Assembly (NCBI RefSeq): GCF_000181795.1
Contig: NW_003526941.1
Coordinates: forward strand, 4,031,637 to 4,095,636
Source of the DNA: Trichinella spiralis
Taxonomy: Eukaryota
Length of the DNA stretch: 64,000 nucleotides
Reading direction: 5' to 3'
The notes under the pieces are model-generated. The model had not been told where the DNA came from. It saw only the letters and a list, made by a program, of their open reading frames with translations, and ran no database searches. How positions within the stretch are numbered: position 1 is the stretch's first letter; each line of letters starts with the position of its first letter. Below, in pieces: positions 25,239 to 37,634 of this stretch. Both the position numbers and the translations under genes were made by a program.

Positions 25239-25969
25239 CACATTCCGATGCTACACTACGTTGTAAGAAACAACTTGAATACTCAGAGCAGCATTCCAAA
25301 GGATAAACTAAAACCACCATTAACATCATCAGATAAGAAAGCATCAACTATAAATAAATATGCTAATCATAAACGAAAAATAAATATACTAAAAATATGC
25401 TAATCAGCATTTCAAATTACTGGAACGTAGACATTATTTCTTGAAATTAACTCATTTATCTAATGTTTGTTCAGGTAATTAAAAGGCTAGTCAAAGTGAA
25501 TATACCATAAACGATAAAGAAAATGCTGATTAAAATCCAAATAAGAATAATTTTGCTACAGTATACCACAGTAAGATAAACTCGCATGTTTAAATAAACA
25601 TACAGTAGTATTTTGTTTTAATAAAGCGAATGATATTTTGGCAGTTCATTTGCAATAAATGCAAATTAAAAAATAATTAGTTGCACTTTTATTACTCATA
25701 ATTTAAAAAGAATATAGACTTGGTGTAATGTGTTGCTAAGATGGCAATATGGAGCGCGTCGAGTATTTTCAAATGAATAGCGCTACACGCAAAATGGTCG
25801 CTGGTCAAAGATGGTTGATTGACAGATGCGCTTAATTAGTACTAAAATTTCACGTTCTAAAAACGAACACCTGTTTCATTTGAAACACATTTATAAAGAT
25901 GATTCAAATTTAAACTCTCGTGTATTGTTTAAAATATTTCATCTGTTTACTCATTTTGAATAATTTGTC

Positions 25970-27016
25970 ATGAGCGTTGAAAAAAGTGTAAGGTTGATAA
26001 ATGACATGTTGTTGATAAATTTCAAATTATAAATATGATTTAGGAAAGTATTAATTGGAAGCGACTATCCATTTTCTCTGCAATCGTGATTTCGCTTCTT
26101 TTCACTAGCGTCATTATTTGCAAAGTGATTTTGAACGATGAGTTCATGTGTTATCTATGGAACTGCCCCACGGACAGTAAAGTTGATTTATTTCCACAGG
26201 TTTGAAAACATTTGATAGCTAAATTAAGAATAAAATGAGAAAATTTCAGAAATTGCAATGGACCGAAATTGACCGCCTAGAATTGCCTGATAAAGTATCT
26301 GTTTAATGTTGAATTGCAAAACTTAATTTCATCGCTGATAACTATTTCAGGGTTTCGTCATCAAAAGAACAGCTAATACAAATCACTGCTATGTGATGCC
26401 TTATGAAGAACAAAATTCCGTAATACGCTTCTCAAAATATGAACAACTTATTTTTAAAAGTCATTATTAGGTTCCTGTGGAAGGAAAACCACTTGTCGTC
26501 ATTGAACCGTCGGTGAATTATGAAATTGTTGCTGCCATTCTGGGAGAAGATGGTGCATTGTTTTGCTCAGGTTATGAAGTTTACTTTGTAAAAAATATCA
26601 AAATCGGTATGGAAATTAATATTTTCATATTTATGCAAATCAATTTTTTCAATTGAACCAATTTTAAATAAACAGCGAATGCCGAATATGATAGACGACG
26701 AAGAGAAGTGGGAAAAGTTTACCCAAGCAGTGGAATATTTGCAACGGCGCAAGATACTGGGAAAAAAGCGGTAGATTTGAATATTGAAGATCGTCATCCA
26801 AGATGCAAAAATATCATTCTCGACTGTTACGATTATGTTGGCCAAGTGCAGAGTTGTTATACTTGGCAAAATGGCGCGATGTTCATGGAACGGAAGTGTT
26901 TGGAGAAAACCAAATTTGAAATTAAAATGACAAAGCCGCCTGGTCGAATTTTGAAAGTAGCTCAACAGCAAATGATGCTCTGCTTGCAGCGCAAGGAAAA
27001 AGGACTTGAATGTTAA
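25970..27016 (+). CDS. BRICHOS-domain type II membrane proprotein, 248 aa, 6 exons
   Basis: Exons 25970-25987, 26044-26181, 26250-26294, 26351-26419, 26471-26606 and 26676-27016 splice in frame with GT-AG introns. They give TM LSIFSAIVISLLFTSVIIC, BRICHOS-like GFVIKRTANTNHCYVMPY...LGEDGALFCSGYEVYFV, an RRRR site and a Cys-rich C-terminus. Confidence 0.7.
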
Positions 27017-27964
27017 TATTAATTAAAAAAAAAACTATTTTTGAATTATTAAAAAATAATCATTTCATAATTATTTTCCATTATCATTCTTTTTATTGTT
27101 CGTTTTGAAGTATTTCGAATTCAAATATTATATACAAAAGAAAGATTATATTGCCAGTTTGTTCGACTGATCCAATAGTACGTGAAATCGTTTAAACTAC
27201 CATACGTCATTAAAATTGTTTCTTTCGTAAGGTTGTATTTTTTTTTATTTGAAGAAATTGTAAGTTTTTTATTTTTTTGAAATAAAAGGGAATGAACCTG
27301 GAAAATATTCAATATTATCAATTATGATTTCGTTTCCTTGGTTACCAGTAATATTTTGTTCGAATAGAAATTAAATTGAAATGTAAAGTTATTATTAAAT
27401 AGACAGTTGTTATTATTTTGTTATCGTTAGTCGTGGATTTTTTGAAATTGCTCATAAAATTTTTTTTGTATGCGCAGTTCAATCGATCATTTGCCAATCG
27501 ATGTTTAAAACATGTTCGAGCGAAATATAACGATCATTATAAAAGTTTTTTTCTGTTTGGCAGTAATAAATCAAATTTATTGTTTTTTATACAATTAAAA
27601 TAAAAGTTGTTTTTCATGTTTGTTCGTTATTTCTACATTTAAATTTAATAATAATGTACTTCATTAATGGTAGATAAAAACAAAAATAAAACATCATTTC
27701 AAATTGTATGCATTTAGCAGTTAATTCTTCAAATAGTTTTGTTTGCACGAATAGAAGGAATATTTATTGATGAAGCTGAGCTTGGCTGAGCTGATTATTA
27801 ATAGAGTTCATTTGTACACTCGGCTGTTTGCATCGATCATTTTCGATATTCATTTAGCTTGAAAACGTTACTTGTGGCTCAGTTGGAAAATTTACCTCAA
27901 TCCAATCGACGTCGCTGTTCGTTACATATCTGCATTCAATTACAGTCGATTTTATGCAAAAGAG

Positions 27965-30900
27965 ATGAACAGTGGTAAGTGATGAAGAGAAATAAAATAT
28001 ATATTTTTTGCAATTTAAAGCAACAATAATGTGCATAAATTGAATGGTATCCAAATTCCCAAATATAGGTAGTTTGTTTTTGTTTTTCACGTTGCCAACG
28101 AATTTTAAACAGAAATTTAATCTTTGCGTTCAGCGTAAGTTTTCAAGTTAAAAAAAGCCTACATAGCTTAGATATAGAATGAATTTGCAAAATAAACTTT
28201 ACATCTATGCATAAGTTTTATGTGGTTATTTTCGAAATATGGCGTTCGCTTTGTGATGAATGCGCGATGTTTGTTTTCCATAATTGCTTGCTGTTGTTTG
28301 TTTTCTTTGCAATCGAAATGACATTGTTTCAAAATCGTAGAAGTGAAATGATGATTTATTGCTCAGTTGACAATTGCGTTCTGATTATTATTTGCTAGTT
28401 ATCTTTTTGTTTTCCAACACATTGCATACTGTATCATATTGTTTATGTGTTGACATGTTTGAAATTTACGTTACTGTAAAATTGTACATTTTTTGTTGGA
28501 GGGAATATGTAAAATGGCATAATAGGAAAGTAAAATTAAATTACAATGAATAATATTGTGAAAATGTTTTGTAAATTAATTTGACTTGAAAAGTATAAGA
28601 GAATTGAAAAGTAATTTTTCAATGGTTGCTATTTAAATGTGAAATTTTAGTATAATTTTCGAGTATTTATTTTAACACAGATTTTGTTTGTTAATTGTAG
28701 ATTTCGATTCGGAAACAAATTTAAAATTGTTGAGTTGTTCATTGCCGAAAGTTAGGATGGCTCACAATTTACAGCTTCCATCTGTGGAAGATCATGAGCT
28801 GTCCGCTCCGTACGACGTGTCTAATGTTCCCATTGAACTTGCGGAATCTGTAAAAGCTCTTCGACTGCAGATGACACAGAAGTAGGATTTTGATTGTAAT
28901 TGTTTTTACTTTAAATTTTATTTGGTCGGGATTTGTATTTTAGAGGAGCCAATAGCGGGTTAGTCGAGGGCAGCGCAGCTTCGACTGATGAACCGTTGAA
29001 AGATTCGGAATATGTCGATAACATCGATGGGGAAGATGCAAATTCTGAATATCGAAGACGTGTCTGTTCACCCAGAGGTCTACCTATACAAACTTTTCGT
29101 GATGCATTGGATATTAATTTCCAACGTGTAGCCATATCCGGTGAAGAAGTATCTGGTGTAATGGAAATTATTTTGAAAATAGATTGGAAATCTTTTTCGT
29201 TGTTTTCTTTTTACGTAAAACTTTCATTTTGATAGGTCCCTCTGGAAGATTTGCTTCATGCAGCTGATATGATTGTAGAAGCTTTAAAAGTGCGCAACAA
29301 ATATATGGAACGAGCTGGTCAGTATATGTCGAAAACTGTGGAAAAATTCATTCGTCACGAATATCCAGCAAATCTAGAATCTCGGTTTTACAAAAATCTT
29401 CAAAATCGTGATCGTGGAAGTATGTTTTTTTCGCTTTTGTTCCATTTTTGCCTTATTTCACAAAAAAGGTATATTTCGTTTGTGTCATACTGTAAATTCT
29501 ATTCGAAATTAAGTACTGTGCAACGGTGTGCAGTTTTTCTTTTTGAAGCGAGTTTTTGTTTCAGTCTTCCAAAGTGACATTGACCAGACTGAGAACTCTG
29601 CTTTGACGGCTAGTAAGTGTTCAGGTGTGCAGTTATGTCAATGCATAAATGATGATGATGATGATGATGAAATGCTACACAGTTGTAGTTTTTTCTTTCT
29701 GATTAACAGTTATTAGTTGTCAACAATTTTTCCCGTATGTTTAACAAAGCATTGCAAACAATAACATTTTATAGAGAATTAATGTTTCTTTTTCAATTTG
29801 ATTGTTATATTTTATCATTGTTTTGTTTGAAGACAAATCTCTCGCATATCATCCACCGGAAGCGGTGTTGGAGAAACGCCCTTTCGATTGCGAGATTCCA
29901 AATTCGGCTGGATTTTATTTGAAATCTGTCAACGGCATTGTTCAAGTTAGCCGCACCCAGGATGGACCGATTATTGAAGAGCTCGAGTCGAGTTATACAG
30001 AATTGTCAGAATTCGTCTCCGATTTACTACGCATGCAGTCAATGATTATGAACGGACCTCTGTAAGTGATTGTTTCAATCGATTCGATTACTGTAAATTT
30101 GTTGTACGTGAAATTGAATATGAAATTGGCGGTTTAATTGTATGTAGTAAATCGTTTTGTCACCGTCGTTTGAGCTATTTGAATGCGAAATTTCAATTGC
30201 ACATTCTGTTGAACGACATTCGAGAGATGACAGAACAGAAAAGTGTAGCGCATCGAGATTTTTACAACATTCGCAAGGTAGACATTTTAAATTTGCATAT
30301 TTCATTATTTCTTCTTTATCGAATTTTCCAAGGTGGACACTCACGTTCATGCGGCCAGTTCGATGAATCAAAAACACTTGTTGCGTTTCATGAAGAAAAA
30401 AGTACGCACCGAAGGCAACAGAGTGGTACTGATGCGTGGCGACACGCCGGTCACTTTGGAACAAGTGAATATAATTAGCACATGAAATATGTTGTTTTTC
30501 TTTAAAATTTTATTATACTTTTTTCCCCATAATTGAGGTTTTCAAAGAAGTCGGCTTGACAGCGTTTGATTTGAGCGTAGATTCTTTGGACGTTCATGCG
30601 GTGAATGATGATGATGCTCTTTTTGTTTCTTGGCTGTTGATCTTTTTTTATATGATTCTTGTTATTATTTGTTTCAGGATAGAAATACATTTCACAGATT
30701 TGATAAATTTAACAGTAAATACAATCCACTTGGTCAGAGTGTTTTACGCGACATTTTTATCAAAACCGACAACTATATTAAAGGGGAATTTTTTGCTGAA
30801 GTGATGAAAGTAAGAGAGAGAGAGAGAGAGAGAGAGAAAAAAAAAGATGAATGTATATTCAATTCAATTAATTCAAGCATTATTTATTGTTTGAAGGAAG

Positions 30901-32312
30901 TGATTGCCGATTTAGCGGAAAGTAAATATCAGCACGCCGAGTATCGTCTGTCAATATATGGTCGAAGTGCTGACGAATGGGATAAGCTGGCCGACTGGGC
31001 AATTCGAAACAACGTCCACTCGCATCATGTACGTTGGTTGATTCAAATTCCACGCTTGTTGTAAGTATATTATTATTATTACATTACCGTTCCAATCATA
31101 TCTGATTCAATTCAATTGTATTCCATCAAGTGACATATATAAATCGAAAAATTTAATTCGATCATTCCAACAAATGGTGGACAACGTGTTTTTGCCATTG
31201 TTCGAAGTGACCAATGATCCGTCGTCGCATCCTCAATTGCATCGATTTCTTCGATATGTAAAACGAAAAACAAACAGTGATTTTATTGATAAAAATAGAA
31301 TATTTAGGTTGCTGGAATTGACAGTGTCGACGATGAATCGAAAGCGGAACATTCTCAAATGGATCACAAAACGGTCACCGCAGATCAGTGGGTGAGCGAG
31401 GAAAATCCACCGTACGCTTATTACATGTTCTATTTGTATGCCAACATTGCCGTGTTGAATCGATTCCGCAAGTATTGAAATTATCATACTTACTTATATT
31501 GGTTGTGTAATTTTTTTTCGTTTCTTGATCGCGTCATACAGACTGAGAGGCTTCAACACGTTCAGCTTGAGACCACATTGCGGTGAAGCGGGTTCGGTGA
31601 ATCATTTGGTGGCCGGCTTCATGACCGCAGAAAGCATCGCCCACGGCTTGTTGTTACGCAAAGTGCCCGTACTGCAGTACTTGTATTATCTATGCCAAAT
31701 TGGCATCGCGATGTCACCCCTGAGCAACAACGGTCTCTTTTTGGCCTACCATCGTAATCCGTTGCCGGAATTTTTGGCCAAAGGTTTGAACATCAGTCTT
31801 TCCACTGATGATCCGTTGCAGTTCCACTTTACAAAGGTAGGGTTGATGTGTTTGGGTTGGGGTTTTCATTTTCGCTTGGGATCATTTTCAAATGCACCAG
31901 GAACCGCTGATGGAAGAGTACAGTATCGCAGCGCAGGTTTGGAAACTGAGCAACAGTGACATGTGCGAAATTGCCCGTAATGGAATATTGCAGAGCAGCT
32001 TTCCAGAAAATGTACAATCCATCCGTTTGATGATTTATTGAAAAATTTTCATTATTTGTTTCAAATTATATTCAGATGAAAGTCCACTGGCTTGGTCCGA
32101 ATTATAAAGAAGAAGGTGTTCTTGGCAATGATGTATCGCGTACCAACGTGCCCGACATACGCGTCTCGTATCGTTACGAGACACTCATCGACGAATTGTA
32201 CACAATATTTCATGCCATAGACAACGCTGTGCCAAAGTCAGAAACTCATACAACAACAACAACCAGTGACCATCATCGACCACTATTTTCGCTAAACGAA
32301 TCTGCTGCATAA
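27965..32312 (+). CDS. AMPD: AMP deaminase, multi-exon
   Basis: [60 protein letters not shown] and [21 protein letters not shown]. The 5' mini-exon MNS at 27965 is a best guess. Confidence 0.96.
30813..30836. repeat. (AG)12 microsatellite at the 5' end of an AMPD intron
   Basis: Directly visible tandem repeat. Confidence 0.95.
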
Positions 32313-32381
32313 ATGGATATTAAAAAGTTAACAAACAAACAAGTGAAACAATATTGTTGCATATATCAATCACTTCTGTTT

Positions 32382-33634
32382 TTATTCTAAATTAAACAAT
32401 ATTAACTTTTCAATTCTGTAATCATTTGGTACTGTACGCATTTCAAGGCGACGTGATCTCTTAGCCGCTTGTACAAATCGTCGCAATTCAAAAATGTTCA
32501 CCTATGTGAAAATGAAAAAATGAATAAACAAACACAAAGCAAAACAATAATGGTCGAAGATATACTTGCGTATTTAAAACGTGACGGCAAAATTCAATTT
32601 CTGACAGAAATTCAAAATTACGCATCAAACAAGCGACCTTAGCATCCAACAACAAACTAAGCATTTCCATGGCATTGTCACTTCTGTTGCCGTTTGATTT
32701 TTCATTTTCCACAATCAACTTTACCATATGCCGATTGAGAAACTTTAAATATATCTAAATGAAATATAGTAGTGTAAAATTAAACTTAAAAATCACTTAT
32801 TACAAGTGTTTGTTCGGCGTTCAGTGTTTTCAGTTCGTCGCACATGATTGAACTGGAAAATTTGTATTCTACTATGCAATATCTGAAAAATTATACAATA
32901 TTGAAAACTTTTCAACATTGATTTCAATCTCACACTTACAATATCTTCGATAAAGGGCTTTCGTCGTCTTCTATCTCTTCAGGCTTGCTGTGAAAATAAT
33001 GTTTATACTGTTTTAATTTCGCCATTGTAATAATTTATCACTCACCAACAGCACAATTTTATAAAATCAACTAGCCATTCTTCAGGTACCGAGGCGAAGT
33101 TTTCCAACAGTAAAATAATCAACTCTGTTGATTTGAGCTTCACTAAAAGTCGCCCAAGAGAATTCGGTAAACTAAAAATTGAAACAGTCAAAAATTAACA
33201 AATAAATATTATTCTAAATTTGATAAATATTTCAAAAATAAATAAATTAACCTATCGCGAAACACTTTAGAACAAAGTAACTTGTGTAAAACCTTTCTCA
33301 CTAAAGCATCGTCAGCCAAGGATAGCATTTCAATAATTTTATCTTTCTGCTCCATTCGCAGTGAACAGCTTTCCACAAGTTCAATATTATCAACCATTCT
33401 GTTCCAGTGTGAATCTTCGATATGCTACAAAAAAAACAGTTATACAAATGAATATTCAAAAGCACATTACAAACGTACACAGCTAGGTGATGCGCGAAGA
33501 ATAGCTTGCAAATCTGGTAAATCTAGCTCTGGAAAAGATTCAATCTCTACAGATGGAAAATTATCAAAGACAATAATCGGATGAACTTTGTCCATTTCAA
33601 AGTTCACAGAATTCGCTGGCAACGCAAGAAGCAT
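32382..33634 (-). CDS. NOL11: NOL11-like protein (C-terminal region only), multi-exon
   Basis: LLLENFASVPEEWL, MEMLSLLLDAK and terminal DYRIEKLILF parallel NOL11 LCLQQFPDIPES, MDWICLLLDAN and LYSIEVLELF. Start is 33634 or 33595. Confidence 0.62.
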
Positions 33635-34382
33635 CAGCTAAAGCAAACCCACCAACTTCACAGGTGCCTTAAAAACAGAAACATGAAATGACAAAACCAG
33701 TATTGTATTGTTAATAAAACATTAATTATTATAATTAAAAATAAAATTAATTGATATAAATCACTGAAATAAAACATGTCAGTTGCAAATTACATACCTT
33801 TTCCGGACGTAAAACACTCAAATACTATAAATTCCATATGAACTAATACAGTTTCTGCTTTGCAAGATTAAACTTATACTATCGATTAATTTAATATTAA
33901 TTATACTTTTAGATTTCACTTTAAATTTATTTTATGCGAAAAATTAAAACAAATATAAATAATATTTATTTATTTGTATTAATAATTAATATTTATTTTT
34001 TAAATCAAAAGCTAAACTAAAGTCACTTGTTATCAAAGTTACTGTAACACAGTATGTGAAGTTAATGAAATAATATAATTTATTAATAATGTAAACGTTT
34101 CATTGCCTGAAATCTCGAAATCTTAAAACCAAATTATATATATATTATGCATGGATATGTAATTTATATTAAAAGTTTCAAATGCTTTATCGACTTGGGG
34201 AAAACAGATTTTATTTATAATCTTTACTTTTCTATATAAAATATTATTTCTATACTGTTTTAGATGTTTCATGAAGGTGGATGGTATTTCAATTTTTGAT
34301 AAACTGCACGCTATGTGTCATTTGGTATTGTCTGTATTATTCGAATGATTGAAATGAAAGAATTTGGAAAAATTGTCCTGCC

Positions 34383-34853
34383 ATGGCAAACGGTTTCTAT
34401 TCGACTAAACGTGACCCGCTTTTGTTAGCACTGCAAATTTTGGCAATGCAAGCATTGTTTTATTCGTCTTTGTTATCTCTTCAGGCAGTTGTGAATTATG
34501 TGTTCGATTATGATAATTCGTTGAATCAAATTTTCGATATCCAAGCATTCCGATTGCGCAACTGGGAAAATATAACTCGTCTGCTTGTCAACGTTGTAAA
34601 TTCTGTTCTGATGGCCATCGCCTTGCGTTTCGTTGTTTGTCGAGCGAAATTGTGTCTCGATTTCGCTTGTACATTTTATATATTTCATTTTCTTGCTTGT
34701 TGGATAAGTAGAAGCGCGATTCCAACAGTTGCGTCCTGGTGGCTTTTGCAGTTGGTATGCATTACCATCACTACCGTTTTGGGCGAATATTTATGTATGC
34801 AAGTTGAACTGCAAGATATTCCAGTGTTGTTAGGCCCTCGCGTTGATGTTTAA
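34383..34853 (+). CDS. SYS1: SYS1 Golgi integral membrane protein, single coding exon
   Basis: DPLLLALQILAMQALFY, RAKLCLDFACT and LGEYLCMQVELQDIPV; 156 aa with four hydrophobic segments. Confidence 0.95.
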   Translation: MANGFYSTKRDPLLLALQILAMQALFYSSLLSLQAVVNYVFDYDNSLNQIFDIQAFRLRNWENITRLLVNVVNSVLMAIALRFVVCRAKLCLDFACTFYIFHFLACWISRSAIPTVASWWLLQLVCITITTVLGEYLCMQVELQDIPVLLGPRVDV

Positions 34854-35364
34854 TTTTTTTTGGTACGTTAGCAGTTTTCAATAAATCTTAAGTAAGAAAA
34901 TAAATTTATTTATCATGGAAAAGCAGCTGTTAAAAATATAGTATTTGTTGTAGTGGTGCTATATTTCAACTTTTCAATGCAATGCACAAGACGCTCGTCA
35001 TGGTACGTGAGCAAAAATTAGCTTACAACTTTTTGCATAAATTTTTGCGTATTAATGTGCAAAAATTATTGGATTTATATAAAAAGGGATATTTTGCAAA
35101 TTTAACTAAAAATATGCGCATGAAATAGAAAATTCTTTCTAATAAGACATGTTGATCAAATACTGTAAAAAATTGTATAAAATTACTGTGAATCTTTATT
35201 TCGCTATTGTAGATGAATTGTTTCACAGTTGAACGTTCATTTCGAACCGGTTTTATTCGTTGACATAATGTACAGTGGAAGAAGAAGAAGAAGAAGAAGG
35301 CATGAAATGAAAATTTTACAAAGCTTTACAAGGTAAGAATCTTTTTTCCAAGTATTTGAATTCC

Positions 35365-35386
35365 TGTGTGTGTGTGTGTGTGTGTG
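35365..35386. repeat. (TG)11 microsatellite in the 3' UTR region of the DUF229 gene
   Basis: Directly visible tandem repeat; a (GAA)n run lies at about 35277-35298. Confidence 0.95.
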
Positions 35387-35396
35387 TTGAATGCAG

Positions 35397-37634
35397 CTAA
35401 AGTTGATCGTAGCAAACGCACCATTTTGCCATGAAGTAATCCTTGTCAATGATACATTGTGGTTGGGAGCCGAAAGCGTTGATGTGAGAGATTGAATCTA
35501 GGTCAATCCAAAGTTGGTTATTCAATTTTTCCCAACGGACGGTTGCTTCATACAGTCCGTTTCCAGGTACCGTTCTCAGTGTAGCCGTATAATGTAGGGT
35601 GGTGGTCGGTGTTTTGGCGCTCAAATCGGGCACGAAACCGTCATAATCTAACGCCCTCTTGTAACCCATCACCCGATTGTCAGGCACGTACATCATCAAC
35701 TTTTCCAGAGATTTCAGTTTAAGCTTCACGCAGATTTGTCGTTCAGGTTCGGTATAATTGTTTATGGCCGATACAATCGCCTCTGCTATATATTGAGCAG
35801 TTGCTGAATTATTCGGCTGCTCGATACCAATATGACAAGCGCACCAGTGAGGTTCAATTCCAGCTTGTTGGCAAACTCGTTCTTCTGGTACTTCATCAAA
35901 CAGGCTTATTGAACGATTTTCAACATTTCCCATTTTGGGATTCTGGAAATGCAGCACACTCAACAATGTTTCATGAATGTCGAATGGAGTTGTAAGTCGA
36001 CGGGCATTCTTTTGTAAATTGTTCATCGCTTCTGGATATTTTTTCGAGAACCAAGGTGGTAGGACAACCGAAACAAATGGCATTCGTTCTTCCAATTTTC
36101 CTTGCTGAGTTTCTCTGACTTTGTGAAACCTATTCCCATGATCTGACATTACTATCAGCAACGTATTGTTCAGGAATCCTCCATCTGAAAAGTGGAACAT
36201 ACATTCAAATATTACTATTATCTTTATTGCTTTTCAGTGCATCGATTTTAATTCTTTACTTTACAGTAATACATGACACGTGGCATAAATTGTTTTCATA
36301 AAAGATTACGATAATTGTATAAAGAAAAGAAAAGAAAGGAATAAATTACCTTGCAAAAATTTCAAATGTTTCACCATATCGAGATCGGCTACTTCAATCA
36401 AATTAATATCGTCGTGACTGTAGGCAGAGTGGAATTGAAAAGCGAATTTCTTTTTGCTCACAGGATACGCAGTGAAAAAGTCTTCGACATATTTAAAATG
36501 TACTCGATGATGTGGTTCACTTCCGCAGCAAAATTTGGGATTTTTATTTAATCTGCTTTCCGCAACTTGGTAAAATGTTCTCATATAATGATCGGTCGGT
36601 TGTTGATCGAATCCTTTCATACGATAAGTGAACGTGCCAATGTACGCCGCATCTTCACCGTACAATGTCACATAGCCGGCATTTTTGTATTCATTCCAAA
36701 TGAAAGGATATATATTAACATATGATGCCTTTGGATATCGTTTCCTAGTGTTCGGTAATTCTTCTTCCGTTTTTCCGGTTAGCATTGGAATCAAAGCTTG
36801 TGGAGTGCCATCGCCGACAATATTGTACTGCTCTAAAATGACCGCTTTCAAAGTGTTCCTTAAATATCCATACATATTCTTCATTTTGCGCATGAACGTC
36901 ATTCTCGAAATGCTATCAAAACCAAGTATGTATACGTTCAAGCCGAGTGCTTCGTCGTGCAGTTTATCTTTTCTGTTCAAAGCTTCCGTTGTTGGCACCA
37001 CGGCGGAATGTATATTTTCATACGTAGCATTGTCCTCTGCGAAACATTTAATTGAGAAAAAATCCGATAGCAATCGTGAACCATTTGTGAAATTATGTAT
37101 TTCTTTGCCAAAGCTAATCTTCTTATCAGACACTCTCCAAAACGGCATATAATTACACGTTATGTTGCCATGCGTTCGTGTGGAATTTTCGTTGATTATA
37201 AAATAATTCGCATCTTTTACAATAATCCAATTCGATTCTTTGGCACACTTGAATGGCGATTTGACAGGTTTGAAAAAATGCTTCATCTCAGGATTATCCA
37301 ATTGTAACTGCGGAATAATACATAGAAGTCCAGTTTTTGGTAGCTGCTTGCTTTCAGATTGATTGAAATGCTTTTTCACCACGTGAACTTGTGGAAACTC
37401 GAAAGTGCTTAAGAGAAAAAAAAGTATACAATTGAAAAACAACAATTATCATACTAAGAAGAAGAAGAAGAAGAAGCATACGTACTGGTCAGTTTGGAAA
37501 AATAGCCTTTTTACAGGAAAGTTGATCACGATACAGTAAAATGCAAAGCCCAATACTGTGCACCAGTAAATGTTAGCTTTTTTGAACAGTCGTTTGGAAC
37601 TTTTTGGCAAATTCCGCAATAATTTCGATAACAT
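35397..37634 (-). CDS. DUF229 family alkaline-phosphatase/sulfatase-like type II membrane protein, 3 exons
   Basis: N-terminal TM; NVYILGFDSISRMTFMRKM, YNIVGDGTPQAL, HSAYSHD, LIVMSDHGNRF, QGKLEERMP, RLTTPFDIHETL and AGIEPHWCAC. Confidence 0.9.

Noticed and set aside
29649..29702. ATGATGA...CTGA resembling a box C/D snoRNA in an AMPD intron
   Set aside because: The C-box match is part of a (GAT)n microsatellite, the spacing is short and there is no terminal stem.
36685..37152. 155-aa ORF opposite DUF229 (likewise 9251-9634, 9754-10158, 42847-43401 and 42342-43001)
   Set aside because: These are antisense or alternate-frame shadows of well-supported genes and have no recognisable motifs.
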